Of a stretch of DNA of 64,000 nucleotides, positions 32,144 through 40,451 are shown one piece after another; the stretch's first letter is position 1, and every line of letters starts with the position of its first letter. Source of the stretch: an uncultured bacterium (GTDB lineage: Bacteria > Krumholzibacteriota > Krumholzibacteriia > LZORAL124-64-63); contig CAVSGO010000007.1 in NCBI GenBank assembly GCA_963727525.1, positions 864,001 through 928,000 on the forward strand, in the 5' to 3' direction. The notes under the pieces were generated by a model. The model saw only the letters and a program-made list of their open reading frames with translations, was not told the DNA's origin and did no database searches. Position numbers and translations under genes: made by a program.

Positions 32144-33186
32144 TGGCACGTCAGACGCCGCGCGAACGGACTTTCGACGACCTCGTGAAGCGGGATCTGC
32201 GAACACGCGAATATGGCCCGGTCTACGTCTTCGACGGCGACGACGCCTATCGCATCGAGAGCGTGATCGAACGCCTGAAAGCCGATGCGCTCGATGCCGC
32301 GAGCGCGGCGTTCAACGTACACACATTCCACGGCGACCAGACGGGCTGGTCGCCCGCGTTGCAACAGGCGCAGGGTTACCCGATGTTCGGGAGCCGGCAG
32401 CTCGTGCTGCTGAAGCAGGTCGACCGGATCGCACGAGACGACCGCGCCGAGGCGACCCTCGCCGCCTATCTCGAGGCGCCGGCGACCACCACGATCTTCG
32501 TCATGACCGCCGAGAAGCTCGATCGACGTCGCAAGTGGGTGCAGGACGTGCGCGCACGCGGCTACCTCGTGCACTTCGAGGCGCCGGAAGGCGAGGCCCT
32601 CGTGACGTGGGCGGCGAAGGCGGCCCAGCGCGCCGGCCTGACGATCGGTCGCGACGCGTTGCAGACGCTGACCGATCTCGTCGGGCGCAACCTGCAGAGC
32701 CTCGCCGGCGAGATCGAGAAGCTGGCCCTGCTGAGCGATACCTGGCAGCGGCCGCCCACCGCGGACGACGTCATGCGCGTCGTCATGGATCAGGCCGAGT
32801 TGAAAGCGTTCACCCTGACCGACACACTCGAACCCGGTGGTGCGCCGACGGTCATGGCCACCTGGCGCAAGCTCGCGGAACTCGGCGAGGATCCCTACGG
32901 TTTGACGCCGATCGTCATGGCCCACCTGCGCCGCATGGCGGTGGTGAGTGCGATGCTGGCCGATGGCGAGTCGCCGGACGCCATCGCGGCGAACACGGGG
33001 ATTCATCCCTGGGTCGTCCGCAACAAGCTCGTGCCACTCGCGCGACGCCTCGGCCCGCACGGCGCCGCACGGACTCTGCGGGCCTGCCTCGCCTGCGAGC
33101 GCGCACTCAAAGGCCGACCAGTGCCGCCGGCCTTGACGTTCGAGGCCTTGCTGCTGAACGTATCGCTACCGGAAACCCGCCCGTAG
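32143..33186 (+). CDS. holA: DNA polymerase III subunit delta
   Basis: PVYVFDGDDAY, PMFGSRQLV, KLDRR, EIEKLAL; lptE-holA synteny. Confidence 0.9.
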   Translation: MARQTPRERTFDDLVKRDLRTREYGPVYVFDGDDAYRIESVIERLKADALDAASAAFNVHTFHGDQTGWSPALQQAQGYPMFGSRQLVLLKQVDRIARDDRAEATLAAYLEAPATTTIFVMTAEKLDRRRKWVQDVRARGYLVHFEAPEGEALVTWAAKAAQRAGLTIGRDALQTLTDLVGRNLQSLAGEIEKLALLSDTWQRPPTADDVMRVVMDQAELKAFTLTDTLEPGGAPTVMATWRKLAELGEDPYGLTPIVMAHLRRMAVVSAMLADGESPDAIAANTGIHPWVVRNKLVPLARRLGPHGAARTLRACLACERALKGRPVPPALTFEALLLNVSLPETRP

Positions 33187-33224
33187 ATCGCGCATCGCGC
33201 GTCTGGAAAGAGAAAGGAAGATCC

Positions 33225-33554
33225 ATGTCGGACACTCTGAAGGACTTCACCGACGCCAGCTTCGATGCCGAGGTACTGGCCAGCAACAAGCCCGTGCTCG
33301 TCGATTTCTGGGCGCCCTGGTGCGGCCCGTGCAAGGCCCTGACGCCGACGATCGAGCAGATCGCACAGGACAGCGGCGAGAGCTGGTTGATCGGCAAGAT
33401 GGATATCCAGAGCCACCCGAAGACCGCGGCCAAGTTCGGGATCCGGTCGATCCCGGCGCTGCTGTTCTTCAAGGACGGGCAGGTCAAGGAGACGCTCATG
33501 GGTGCGGTGAACAAGGACAAGATCCTGAACAAGATGAAGAACGTCACCGAGTAG
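33225..33554 (+). CDS. trxA: Thioredoxin
   Basis: VLVDFWAPWCGPCK; SD AGGAAG. Confidence 0.97.
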   Translation: MSDTLKDFTDASFDAEVLASNKPVLVDFWAPWCGPCKALTPTIEQIAQDSGESWLIGKMDIQSHPKTAAKFGIRSIPALLFFKDGQVKETLMGAVNKDKILNKMKNVTE

Positions 33555-33558
33555 GCGC

Positions 33559-33593
33559 GAGGGGCCGGCCGGTCCGTGAACGGGCGGCCCCTT
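33559..33593 (+). terminator. Hairpin terminator after trxA
   Basis: GAGGGGCCG...CGGCCCCTT followed by a pyrimidine run. Confidence 0.55.
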
Positions 33594-33608
33594 CTCTCGA
33601 TATCATTG

Positions 33609-33636
33609 ACTTAACATAATATACATTATGCGCAAT
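33609..33636 (-). other. dif site (XerC/XerD chromosome dimer resolution site)
   Basis: Minus strand ATTGCGCATAA-TGTATA-TTATGTTAAGT versus E. coli dif GGTGCGCATAA-TGTATA-TTATGTTAAAT; coincides with the gene-strand switch. Confidence 0.93.
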
Positions 33637-33687
33637 TCTTGAAGTCCCAAAGACAAACCCCTCTCCTGGCGGGAGTTGCAGGCCTGG

Positions 33688-34053
33688 CTAGTCGATGGGG
33701 ATACGGTCCGCGATGTCCTCGAGTCCTACCACGGTATAGTCCTCGCCGGCGATTGCCTTGAGGAAGCCGAGCACCGAGAGTCCGAGGAAGAGCAGCACGT
33801 ACGCCAGGTGCAGAATGACCGTCACGAGGACGCCGAGTACCGGCACGGGCTGCAAGACCGCCTCGATCACGAGCACGACCAGGCCGAGCACGATCTCCGC
33901 GAAGAGTAGCGCGAATCCCTGGCGGCAATGCCGGGCCAGGAAAGGCGACTTGGGGTTCTGCAGCAAGGAGACGATGACGAGGACGCTGGCATAGCACAGG
34001 GCGCCGAGCCAACGATCCCGCGTCGTCACGGTCTGCGGATCCGCGGCGGCCAT
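33688..34053 (-). CDS. DUF4870-like 3-TM membrane protein
   Basis: LGALCY..., SPFLARHCRQG, VLGFLKAIAGE. Confidence 0.7.
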   Translation of the reverse strand: MAAADPQTVTTRDRWLGALCYASVLVIVSLLQNPKSPFLARHCRQGFALLFAEIVLGLVVLVIEAVLQPVPVLGVLVTVILHLAYVLLFLGLSVLGFLKAIAGEDYTVVGLEDIADRIPID

Positions 34054-34072
34054 GGTCACCTCCCGCGAGGCC

Positions 34073-34762
34073 CTAGCCTTCCAGGGCGCGCATCATTGCC
34101 AGACGCGTGTCGAGGTCCGTCTTGGAGACGCCCTCGAGGTCGCCACGAACGACCTTCGCGTCGAGGTCCTCCAGCACCATCACCGCGTCCTGCAATTTCC
34201 CTGCCGCTTTCAGACATTCGGCCTGTCGGACGGAGAGATCGTAGGTCTCGGCGTCGTTGCGAGCATCGGGGATCAGCTCACCATACGCGCTCGCGGCTTC
34301 GTCGTATCGCCCGAGCGACGCGAACGCCGCGGCGCGGGCTTGCTTCAGGCCACGCGCAGCCGGGCTGCCGGCGGGAACCTCGCCGAGCGCCGCGTCAGCA
34401 TTGGCGAGCGCCGCCTCGTACGACCCCTGCGCGAGCAACGACTTCGCGAGCCCCACGCGCGCGAAACGGCCGAAGGTGGTGCCGCCGTAGCGCTCGACAC
34501 ATTCCTGCAGCGGCGACTGCGCCAGCTCGGCCTCACCGTTGCTCAGCAGGGTTTCGCCCTGGTAGAGGAGGTAGCTCGCGCGATCGCGCGAGTGCGCCTT
34601 CGCCTGCTTCATGTACGTGACGCCCACGATCAACGCCACGATGACGAGAAGGCCGATGCCCAGCGGCATGGCGTTGTGCTGCAGAAACTCGAGCCCGCGC
34701 TCGGTGCTGTCGATGAAGCCGTCGTGCTTCATGTCTTTTTTGGTCAACTTCTGCGCAGCCAA
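34073..34762 (-). CDS. Membrane-anchored TPR protein (YfgM-like)
   Basis: KLTKKDMKHDGF, single TM helix, helical repeats; probable TTG start after GAGG. Confidence 0.75.
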   Translation of the reverse strand: MAAQKLTKKDMKHDGFIDSTERGLEFLQHNAMPLGIGLLVIVALIVGVTYMKQAKAHSRDRASYLLYQGETLLSNGEAELAQSPLQECVERYGGTTFGRFARVGLAKSLLAQGSYEAALANADAALGEVPAGSPAARGLKQARAAAFASLGRYDEAASAYGELIPDARNDAETYDLSVRQAECLKAAGKLQDAVMVLEDLDAKVVRGDLEGVSKTDLDTRLAMMRALEG

Positions 34763-34919
34763 GACGCTTACCTCGTGTATGGGTTGTTTGTCGGTATCAC
34801 AGTCACCCATGATAGTGCATGTCGCGGTCGTTTTCCAGCCCGGCCCGCGGGATCTCACTTGCCGGGATCCCCCACGTCCGCCATGTTGGGCGGGCACCCT
34901 GGTCGGAAGGAACCGTGCC

Positions 34920-35306
34920 TTGTTCCACTGGTTACGCCACCGCTCCCGCTGGGAAGGGGTCAACTACCTCGACCTGATCCCCCGCCGCGCCGTCGACCAT
35001 GAGCCCGGCGGCACTCACGACAAGGTGGTCCTGCTCCAGCCGCGCTACCGCGACCCGATCCTGGGCCGCTGGCTGCAGCCCCGTCTGGGCCCACGCAAAC
35101 GCTGGCTCCGCATCCCCCTCGACGTCCGCGGCAGCTGGCTCTGGAGCCAGATCGACGGCGTCCGCACCGTCGGCGCCCTGGCGGCAGCATTCCCATCGCA
35201 ATTCACGGACGAATCGGAGCAGATCCCCGAACGCGTAAGCCAATACCTGGCAGCGTTGAACGCGAATGGCTTCGTCGACTTCCTGAACATGCCGCCCAAG
35301 CGTTGA
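34920..35306 (+). CDS. PqqD/RRE-like small protein
   Basis: NYLDLIP...LDVRGSWLWSQIDGVRTV...ERVSQYLAALNANGFV; TTG start after GGAAGGA. Confidence 0.7.
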   Translation: MFHWLRHRSRWEGVNYLDLIPRRAVDHEPGGTHDKVVLLQPRYRDPILGRWLQPRLGPRKRWLRIPLDVRGSWLWSQIDGVRTVGALAAAFPSQFTDESEQIPERVSQYLAALNANGFVDFLNMPPKR

Positions 35307-35309
35307 GCG

Positions 35310-35386
35310 TGGTACCCCCGGCGGGATTCGAACCCACGACCCCCAGATTAGGAATCTGGTGCTCTATCCAACTGAGCTACGGGGGC
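35310..35386 (-). tRNA. tRNA-Arg(CCT)
   Basis: Minus strand GCCCCCGTAGCTCAG...CCAGA-TTCCTAA-TCTGG...CGGGGGT-ACCA. Confidence 0.95.
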
Positions 35387-35421
35387 ACCGTCAGGGCCGA
35401 CGGACGGGGAATCTAGCCCGG

Positions 35422-35937
35422 TCACGGATACCGCACAAGCGAAAACACCGGCGCGTCCGACAGGAGCTTGCGGCCGGCGAGGCCCTCCAGTTCGATCACG
35501 AAGAGGTAGGCCGCGACCTTTGCGCCGCACCGACGTACGAGGTTGCCGGCGGCCGCGGCCGTGCCGCCGGTGGCGATCAGATCGTCGAGGATCACGACCT
35601 TCTCCCCCGTGGCGATGGCGTCGCCATGGACCTCGATCGTGGCCGTGCCGTACTCGAGGTCGTAGGTCTCGGCCACGGTCTGGCGGGGCAGCTTGCCGGC
35701 CTTGCGCACGAGGATGAGCCCCTTCCCCAGGGCCAGCGACAGGGGTGCCCCGAATACGAAACCTCGCGACTCGATCGCCGCGATGCGGTCGAACTCGACC
35801 CCGGCGAGCTGCTCGGCGAGCTGGTCGACCGCCGCCTGAAGCGCGGGCGGGTGGGCCACCAGCGGTGTGATGTCGCGAAAGAGGATGCCAGGCTTGGGAA
35901 AGTCCGGCACGGCGGCGATGTGGGACTGCAGGTCCAT
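35422..35937 (-). CDS. apt: Adenine phosphoribosyltransferase
   Basis: PDFPKPGILFRDITP, ESRGF, RKAGKLP, LEYG, DDLIATGGT. Confidence 0.98.
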   Translation of the reverse strand: MDLQSHIAAVPDFPKPGILFRDITPLVAHPPALQAAVDQLAEQLAGVEFDRIAAIESRGFVFGAPLSLALGKGLILVRKAGKLPRQTVAETYDLEYGTATIEVHGDAIATGEKVVILDDLIATGGTAAAAGNLVRRCGAKVAAYLFVIELEGLAGRKLLSDAPVFSLVRYP

Positions 35938-35962
35938 GCTCTCATTCCTCGCGAAGGGGTGG

Positions 35963-36619
35963 TCAGCGCAGCAGGCGCGCCGGGTCCACGGCTTTCTCGT
36001 TCTTGCGCAGTTCGATGTGCAGATGAGGCGGATCCTCGGCCAACGGCGGCGTCGCCGTCCGGCCGATGAGATCACCGGCCAGTAGCGCCTGCCCCACGGC
36101 GCAGGTGAGGCTTGCCGGATCCAGCGGAGCGAACACGGTGTGATAGCCCGCGCCGTGTTCGAGGATGATCAGCGTGCCGTACTCGTCCATCTGACCCAGG
36201 TAGCGCACGATCGCGGGCGCCGGGCACAGCACCTCGCCGCCCACCGGATACGCCATGGTGACGCCCGAGCGTGGTAGCAGGATCTTGCCGCTCTTGTGGG
36301 GGCCGAACGGACGCAGCACGCGACCGCGATTCTTGTAGGGGCGTTCGAAATGGAGGTCGGAGCCGTGCGTGCGCGTGAAAGGGCGCTGCAGGTGCAGCTT
36401 CTGGCCGACATGGATCACGGAGGTCGCGAGGTCGTTGTCGCTCTTAAGCTCGCTCACCGACTCGCCGAAACGCTTGGCGATGACCGACAGGTTATCGCCG
36501 CGTCGCACCTCGTACCAGCCGGCGGACGCCGCGGCGCGTGCGATGGACACGAGCGCGAGACCACCGATCAGGACGGCGGCGAGTCGTGGGATCCGGCGTG
36601 TCGAGTGTCGCGAGGTCAT
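35963..36619 (-). CDS. LysM plus M23 peptidase-like protein (NlpD-like)
   Basis: Signal/TM segment, LysM YEVRRGDNLSVIAK..IHVGQKL, M23 YGTLIILEH..PHLHIELR..VDP. Confidence 0.85.
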   Translation of the reverse strand: MTSRHSTRRIPRLAAVLIGGLALVSIARAAASAGWYEVRRGDNLSVIAKRFGESVSELKSDNDLATSVIHVGQKLHLQRPFTRTHGSDLHFERPYKNRGRVLRPFGPHKSGKILLPRSGVTMAYPVGGEVLCPAPAIVRYLGQMDEYGTLIILEHGAGYHTVFAPLDPASLTCAVGQALLAGDLIGRTATPPLAEDPPHLHIELRKNEKAVDPARLLR

Positions 36620-36721
36620 GCGTGCTCCGCGGAGATCGTAGTCGACCCACACAAGATGCCAAGAAAAAAGGAGCCGCGCGCTTGCGCTACTCCCTCGTCT
36701 ACCGCTGCGATACATCGAAGG

Positions 36722-36799
36722 TGGTCGGGGCGCCGAGATTCGAACTCGGGACCTCCTGCTCCCGAAGCAGGCGCGCTAACCGGGCTGCGCTACGCCCCG
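36722..36799 (-). tRNA. tRNA-Pro(CGG)
   Basis: Minus strand CGGGGCG...CCTGC-TTCGGGA-GCAGG...CGCCCCG-ACCA; promoter TTGACG-17-TACATT at 36851-36823. Confidence 0.96.
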
Positions 36800-36847
36800 A
36801 CCTGGAGTCCGAAGTGGCGGCCAATGTAATGCCTGGACCCTGAGACG

Positions 36848-37336
36848 TCAATTTCCCAGGGCGATGATTCCCTGGGCCGCCAGCGTCACCACCGCCCCGG
36901 CGATGAAGATACCCAGGACGATACACGGCACGGCGTATCGCAGGGGCAGCTTGAGCAGGTAGGCCGCCATGGCGCCCGTCCAGGCGCCCGTCATCGGGGC
37001 CGGAATGGCCACGAACAGCGTCAACCCGATGCTCTCGTACCGCTGGATGACCTGGGACCGCTGCATGGTACGGGCGAAGATCCAGGTGAAGAACCGGTCG
37101 CAGGCCCGGAATCGTCGCAGCCAGCGTTCCACGGGCCCCAGGAGCAACAGGATCGGCAGCACGGGCAGGAAGTTGCCCAGGACGGCCGCCACGTAGATCT
37201 CGACCCAGTTCCTCATGCCCATGGCGAATCCCAGGGGGATGCCCCCGCGCAGCTCGAAGATGGGCAGGGTGGAGACCACGAACACCGCCAGCGGCGGCGG
37301 CAGGCCATGGACCCAGGCGAGGATGGTGTCACGCAC
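36848..37336 (-). CDS. Small multi-drug export family membrane protein
   Basis: STLPIFELRGGIP, GLTLFVAIPAPMTGAWTG. Confidence 0.88.
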   Translation of the reverse strand: MRDTILAWVHGLPPPLAVFVVSTLPIFELRGGIPLGFAMGMRNWVEIYVAAVLGNFLPVLPILLLLGPVERWLRRFRACDRFFTWIFARTMQRSQVIQRYESIGLTLFVAIPAPMTGAWTGAMAAYLLKLPLRYAVPCIVLGIFIAGAVVTLAAQGIIALGN

Positions 37337-37988
37337 CGGCGGTCCCCTCCTCCATTCCGCGGCGCAACGGCACGAAGCGGCAGAGCACCGATTGCTGGGC
37401 GGCCAGCCCGTCGCCCTGACGCCGGAAGCGGGTGAGCACCTGGCTGCCCTCGTTGTCGCCGAGGGGTACGAGCAGGTAGCCGCCGTTGACGAGCTGCCGG
37501 GTGAGGGCCGCCGGCGTCGCTGGCGTGCCGGCCGTGACCATGATGCCGTCGTAGGGCGCTGCCGGTTCGTAACCCTCCGAGCCGTCGTCGGCGAGCACGG
37601 TGACATTATCGCAACCTAGCTCGGCGAGTACGGCGCGCGCGCGGTCGGCCAAAGGCACCACCCGCTCGATCGTGATGACGCGGCCGGCGAGGCGCGACAG
37701 GATCGCGGCCTGGTAGCCGCTACCGGTGCCGATCTCGAGGACGGTCTCGTCGCCCTTCAGTTCCAGCAACGCGGTCATGAGTCCCACCATGAAGGGCTGG
37801 CTGATCGTCTGGTCGTAGCCGATGGGCAGGGCGCAGGATTCGTAGGCGCGATGCTGCAGCGCGCTGGGTACGAATCGGTGCCGAGGCACCTCGCGCATCG
37901 CAGCGAGGACGCGCGGGTCGGTGATGCCGTCGGCCTCGAGTTGCTCGCGCACGAGCCGCCGCCGCGCCACCGCGTAGTCGCGCGTCAT
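37329..37988 (-). CDS. pcm: Protein-L-isoaspartate O-methyltransferase
   Basis: VPRHRFVP, QTISQP, VLEIGTGSGYQAA, APYDGI, RFVPL. Confidence 0.97.
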   Translation of the reverse strand: MTRDYAVARRRLVREQLEADGITDPRVLAAMREVPRHRFVPSALQHRAYESCALPIGYDQTISQPFMVGLMTALLELKGDETVLEIGTGSGYQAAILSRLAGRVITIERVVPLADRARAVLAELGCDNVTVLADDGSEGYEPAAPYDGIMVTAGTPATPAALTRQLVNGGYLLVPLGDNEGSQVLTRFRRQGDGLAAQQSVLCRFVPLRRGMEEGTAGA

Positions 37989-38872
37989 GTCGGATCCTTG
38001 CCGGGGCCATGACCACCACGCGTGGGCCCATCGAAGACGAGTCCGCCCGGACCGGTGGCCGCCTGCACGAAACGATGCCCCACACTCTCGAACACGGCCG
38101 CGCCGGGCAGACCTTCGCGCGCGAGATCGCCAAACGCGTGCAACAGATGGTCGGCCGTCATGTCGACCTTCAAAGGCGTGAGGCTGGCGTAGCCGTCGCG
38201 GACGGCGGCGTAGTCGCTGTCTGCGCCCTCGTGCCAGGTGGGCCCCTTGCCGGCGATCCACACCAGCGGGATGCCGCGGGGATCCTCGAAGTCGTTCACG
38301 ACGTCGTGGTAGGTGCGCGAACCCTGGCGCGTGATGCGCAGGCCGCGCAGCGCTGCTTCCGGTCCGTTGGGCACGTTGATGTTCCACAGGCAACCCGTGG
38401 GCAGCGGCCGTTCGAACAGGATCGGCAGCAGGCGGCGCACGAGGGCGGCGGCCCCGCCGAAATCGGTGGGGTGCCAATCGGCGAGCGACACCGCTGCGCT
38501 CGGGATGCCGTGCACGCACCCTTCCATGGCCGCGGCCACGGTGCCGGAGTACTGCACGTCCTCGCCGAGGTTGGGCCCATGGTTGATGCCGGCGATGAGG
38601 AAGTCGGGCGGGTCATCGTCGAGCAGTTTGCCCAGGGCCACCATCACGGTGTCCGTGGGCGTGCCGGTGACCGACCAGCGGCCAGGCCCGAGGTTGCGCA
38701 CCCGCAGCGGCGCGTGAAGCGTGAGGCACCGGCTCGTGGCGCTTTGCTGCGCCGCGGGCGCCACGATGCTCACCCGCACGTCGGGCAGATCGCTCAACGC
38801 CTCCGCCAGGACGCTCAGGCCGAACGCAGCCACGCCGTCGTCGTTGGTCAGCAGAATGTGACGTTCACTCAT
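37985..38872 (-). CDS. surE: 5'/3'-nucleotidase SurE
   Basis: ILLTNDDG, GTPTD, GINHGPNLG..YSGTVAAA, SLTPL. Confidence 0.97.
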   Translation of the reverse strand: MSERHILLTNDDGVAAFGLSVLAEALSDLPDVRVSIVAPAAQQSATSRCLTLHAPLRVRNLGPGRWSVTGTPTDTVMVALGKLLDDDPPDFLIAGINHGPNLGEDVQYSGTVAAAMEGCVHGIPSAAVSLADWHPTDFGGAAALVRRLLPILFERPLPTGCLWNINVPNGPEAALRGLRITRQGSRTYHDVVNDFEDPRGIPLVWIAGKGPTWHEGADSDYAAVRDGYASLTPLKVDMTADHLLHAFGDLAREGLPGAAVFESVGHRFVQAATGPGGLVFDGPTRGGHGPGKDPT

Positions 38873-39566
38873 GATCTTCGGTCACCCGTGGTTCCCGGCT
38901 GGCCAGCAGCACGCTGACGAGTCGGAAAAACCGGTAGGTATCGACTACCGGGTTGATGCTGCTCTTCTCGTCGCCGTAGATCGTCGTCACGGCGACCGAA
39001 CCGATCCGGGCCCCGCGCCGCGCGAGGCGCACGAGGATCTCCGACTCCGTGTCGTAGCGTTGCGTCCGCAACCGCAGTCCCGGCAGCACGGCCACCCGCA
39101 GAAGTCGGTAGCCGTTCTGCGAGTCGGGAATGTCGGTGCCGGCAAGCCGGCTCACCACCCACGACGTGAACGCATTCGTGGTCTTGCGCAGCCAGGGCAT
39201 GCTGGCCGTGCGGTTCATGCGGTTGCCCACCACCACGTCCCAGTGGCCCCGCCGCGCCTCGTTGCGGAAGGCGACCATCTCCGACGGGAGGTGCTGGCCG
39301 TCCGCATCCATGGTGTAGACCCATTCGAGATCCGCGGCAACCGCCCAGGCGAATCCACTGGCCAGGGCCGCCCCCTTGCCGCGATTCACGGCGTGCACCT
39401 CGACGTCCACCCCGCAGCCGCGGGCGACCTCGGCGGTCGCATCGGCACTGCCGTCGTCGACCACGAGGATGCGCACGCCCGGCTCGCTGGCGCGGATCGT
39501 GGCGATCACCTCCGGCAGATGGCGGGCGACGTTGTAGCCGGGCAGGATGACGCCGGTACCAGACAC
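38865..39566 (-). CDS. Glycosyltransferase family 2 (DPM1-like)
   Basis: VVDDGSADAT, NRGKGAAL, MDADGQH, DSQNGYR. Confidence 0.9.
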   Translation of the reverse strand: MSGTGVILPGYNVARHLPEVIATIRASEPGVRILVVDDGSADATAEVARGCGVDVEVHAVNRGKGAALASGFAWAVAADLEWVYTMDADGQHLPSEMVAFRNEARRGHWDVVVGNRMNRTASMPWLRKTTNAFTSWVVSRLAGTDIPDSQNGYRLLRVAVLPGLRLRTQRYDTESEILVRLARRGARIGSVAVTTIYGDEKSSINPVVDTYRFFRLVSVLLASREPRVTEDHE

Positions 39567-39660
39567 GCGGGACGGTTCTCCTGGGGTTCCGGGCCAGCCG
39601 ATCGACCGATCGAGACGTGGACCCGCCGATGGTAGTCAACCGCGCGGTGAAATCAAGAAT

Positions 39661-39694
39661 CGGAGGGCGAGGCTCCTGAGAACCCCGCCCTCCG
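39661..39694 (-). terminator. Hairpin terminator downstream of the secreted-protein pair
   Basis: CGGAGGGCG...CGCCCTCCG inverted repeat, followed on the minus strand by ATTCTTGATTT. Confidence 0.55.
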
Positions 39695-39727
39695 TGCATG
39701 CCGATCGCCCCACGAAAGGAGGAGCGA

Positions 39728-40417
39728 CTAGCGGAACAGACTCTTCACGTTGCTCCAGGTCGCCGGATCGCTGGCCGTGGGATCGTTCGGAGGAACGATC
39801 TTGAGGTCGAAGACCCGGTCCCAGCCATCGGGCACGGTGACGCCCGGGCCGGAGTCGGGATCGGCGACGTTGAGCGCGTTGACGATCCAGTTGGCCAGTT
39901 CGTACTCCGCCGCGGTCAGCTCGCCGAGGCGGGTGCCGCCGACCATGTCGCACATGCCGCTGCCGAAGCCGCTGTACAGGCCGTCGGTGTTGGTGTCGAG
40001 CATGGTGATGCCGAACCCGTCCTGCAGATTCGCCGAAAGGACCATCGTCCCGTCGGTGAATGTCGCCGGGTTGGCCCAGTCGGCCGCGGTCCCATTATCG
40101 GTGAAGATCTCGATCATGCCGCCATCGAGCGTCACGTTGCGCACCATCGCCGACGGGTTCGACACCGACGAGATGGTCCAGGCGCTGATGTGTACGGTGT
40201 GCTGGTAGTTGTCGAAATCGAACGGGATCGGCGTGGGGAAGCCGCCAGCGTCGGTGAGGATCCCGTAGACGTCGACGGTGGCTCCGACGGTGTCGACCGC
40301 CGGCGTGTACTTCGCATATCCGAACGAGACGAACTCGGCGCCAGCCATGGCCGTTCCGGTTCCGAAAGCCAGGACGAGCAAGGCGGCGGCGAGTACCAGC
40401 GAAACCCTTGCTTTCAT
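39728..40417 (-). CDS. Secreted hypothetical protein ending TWSNVKSLFR (paralogue B)
   Basis: Sec signal peptide ending AMA, acidic Gly/Thr/Asp-rich mature region, SD GAGGAGGG. Confidence 0.85.
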   Translation of the reverse strand: MKARVSLVLAAALLVLAFGTGTAMAGAEFVSFGYAKYTPAVDTVGATVDVYGILTDAGGFPTPIPFDFDNYQHTVHISAWTISSVSNPSAMVRNVTLDGGMIEIFTDNGTAADWANPATFTDGTMVLSANLQDGFGITMLDTNTDGLYSGFGSGMCDMVGGTRLGELTAAEYELANWIVNALNVADPDSGPGVTVPDGWDRVFDLKIVPPNDPTASDPATWSNVKSLFR

Positions 40418-40451
40418 GTTTTACTCCCTCCTCGGCCCTGAGGGCCAGGAT

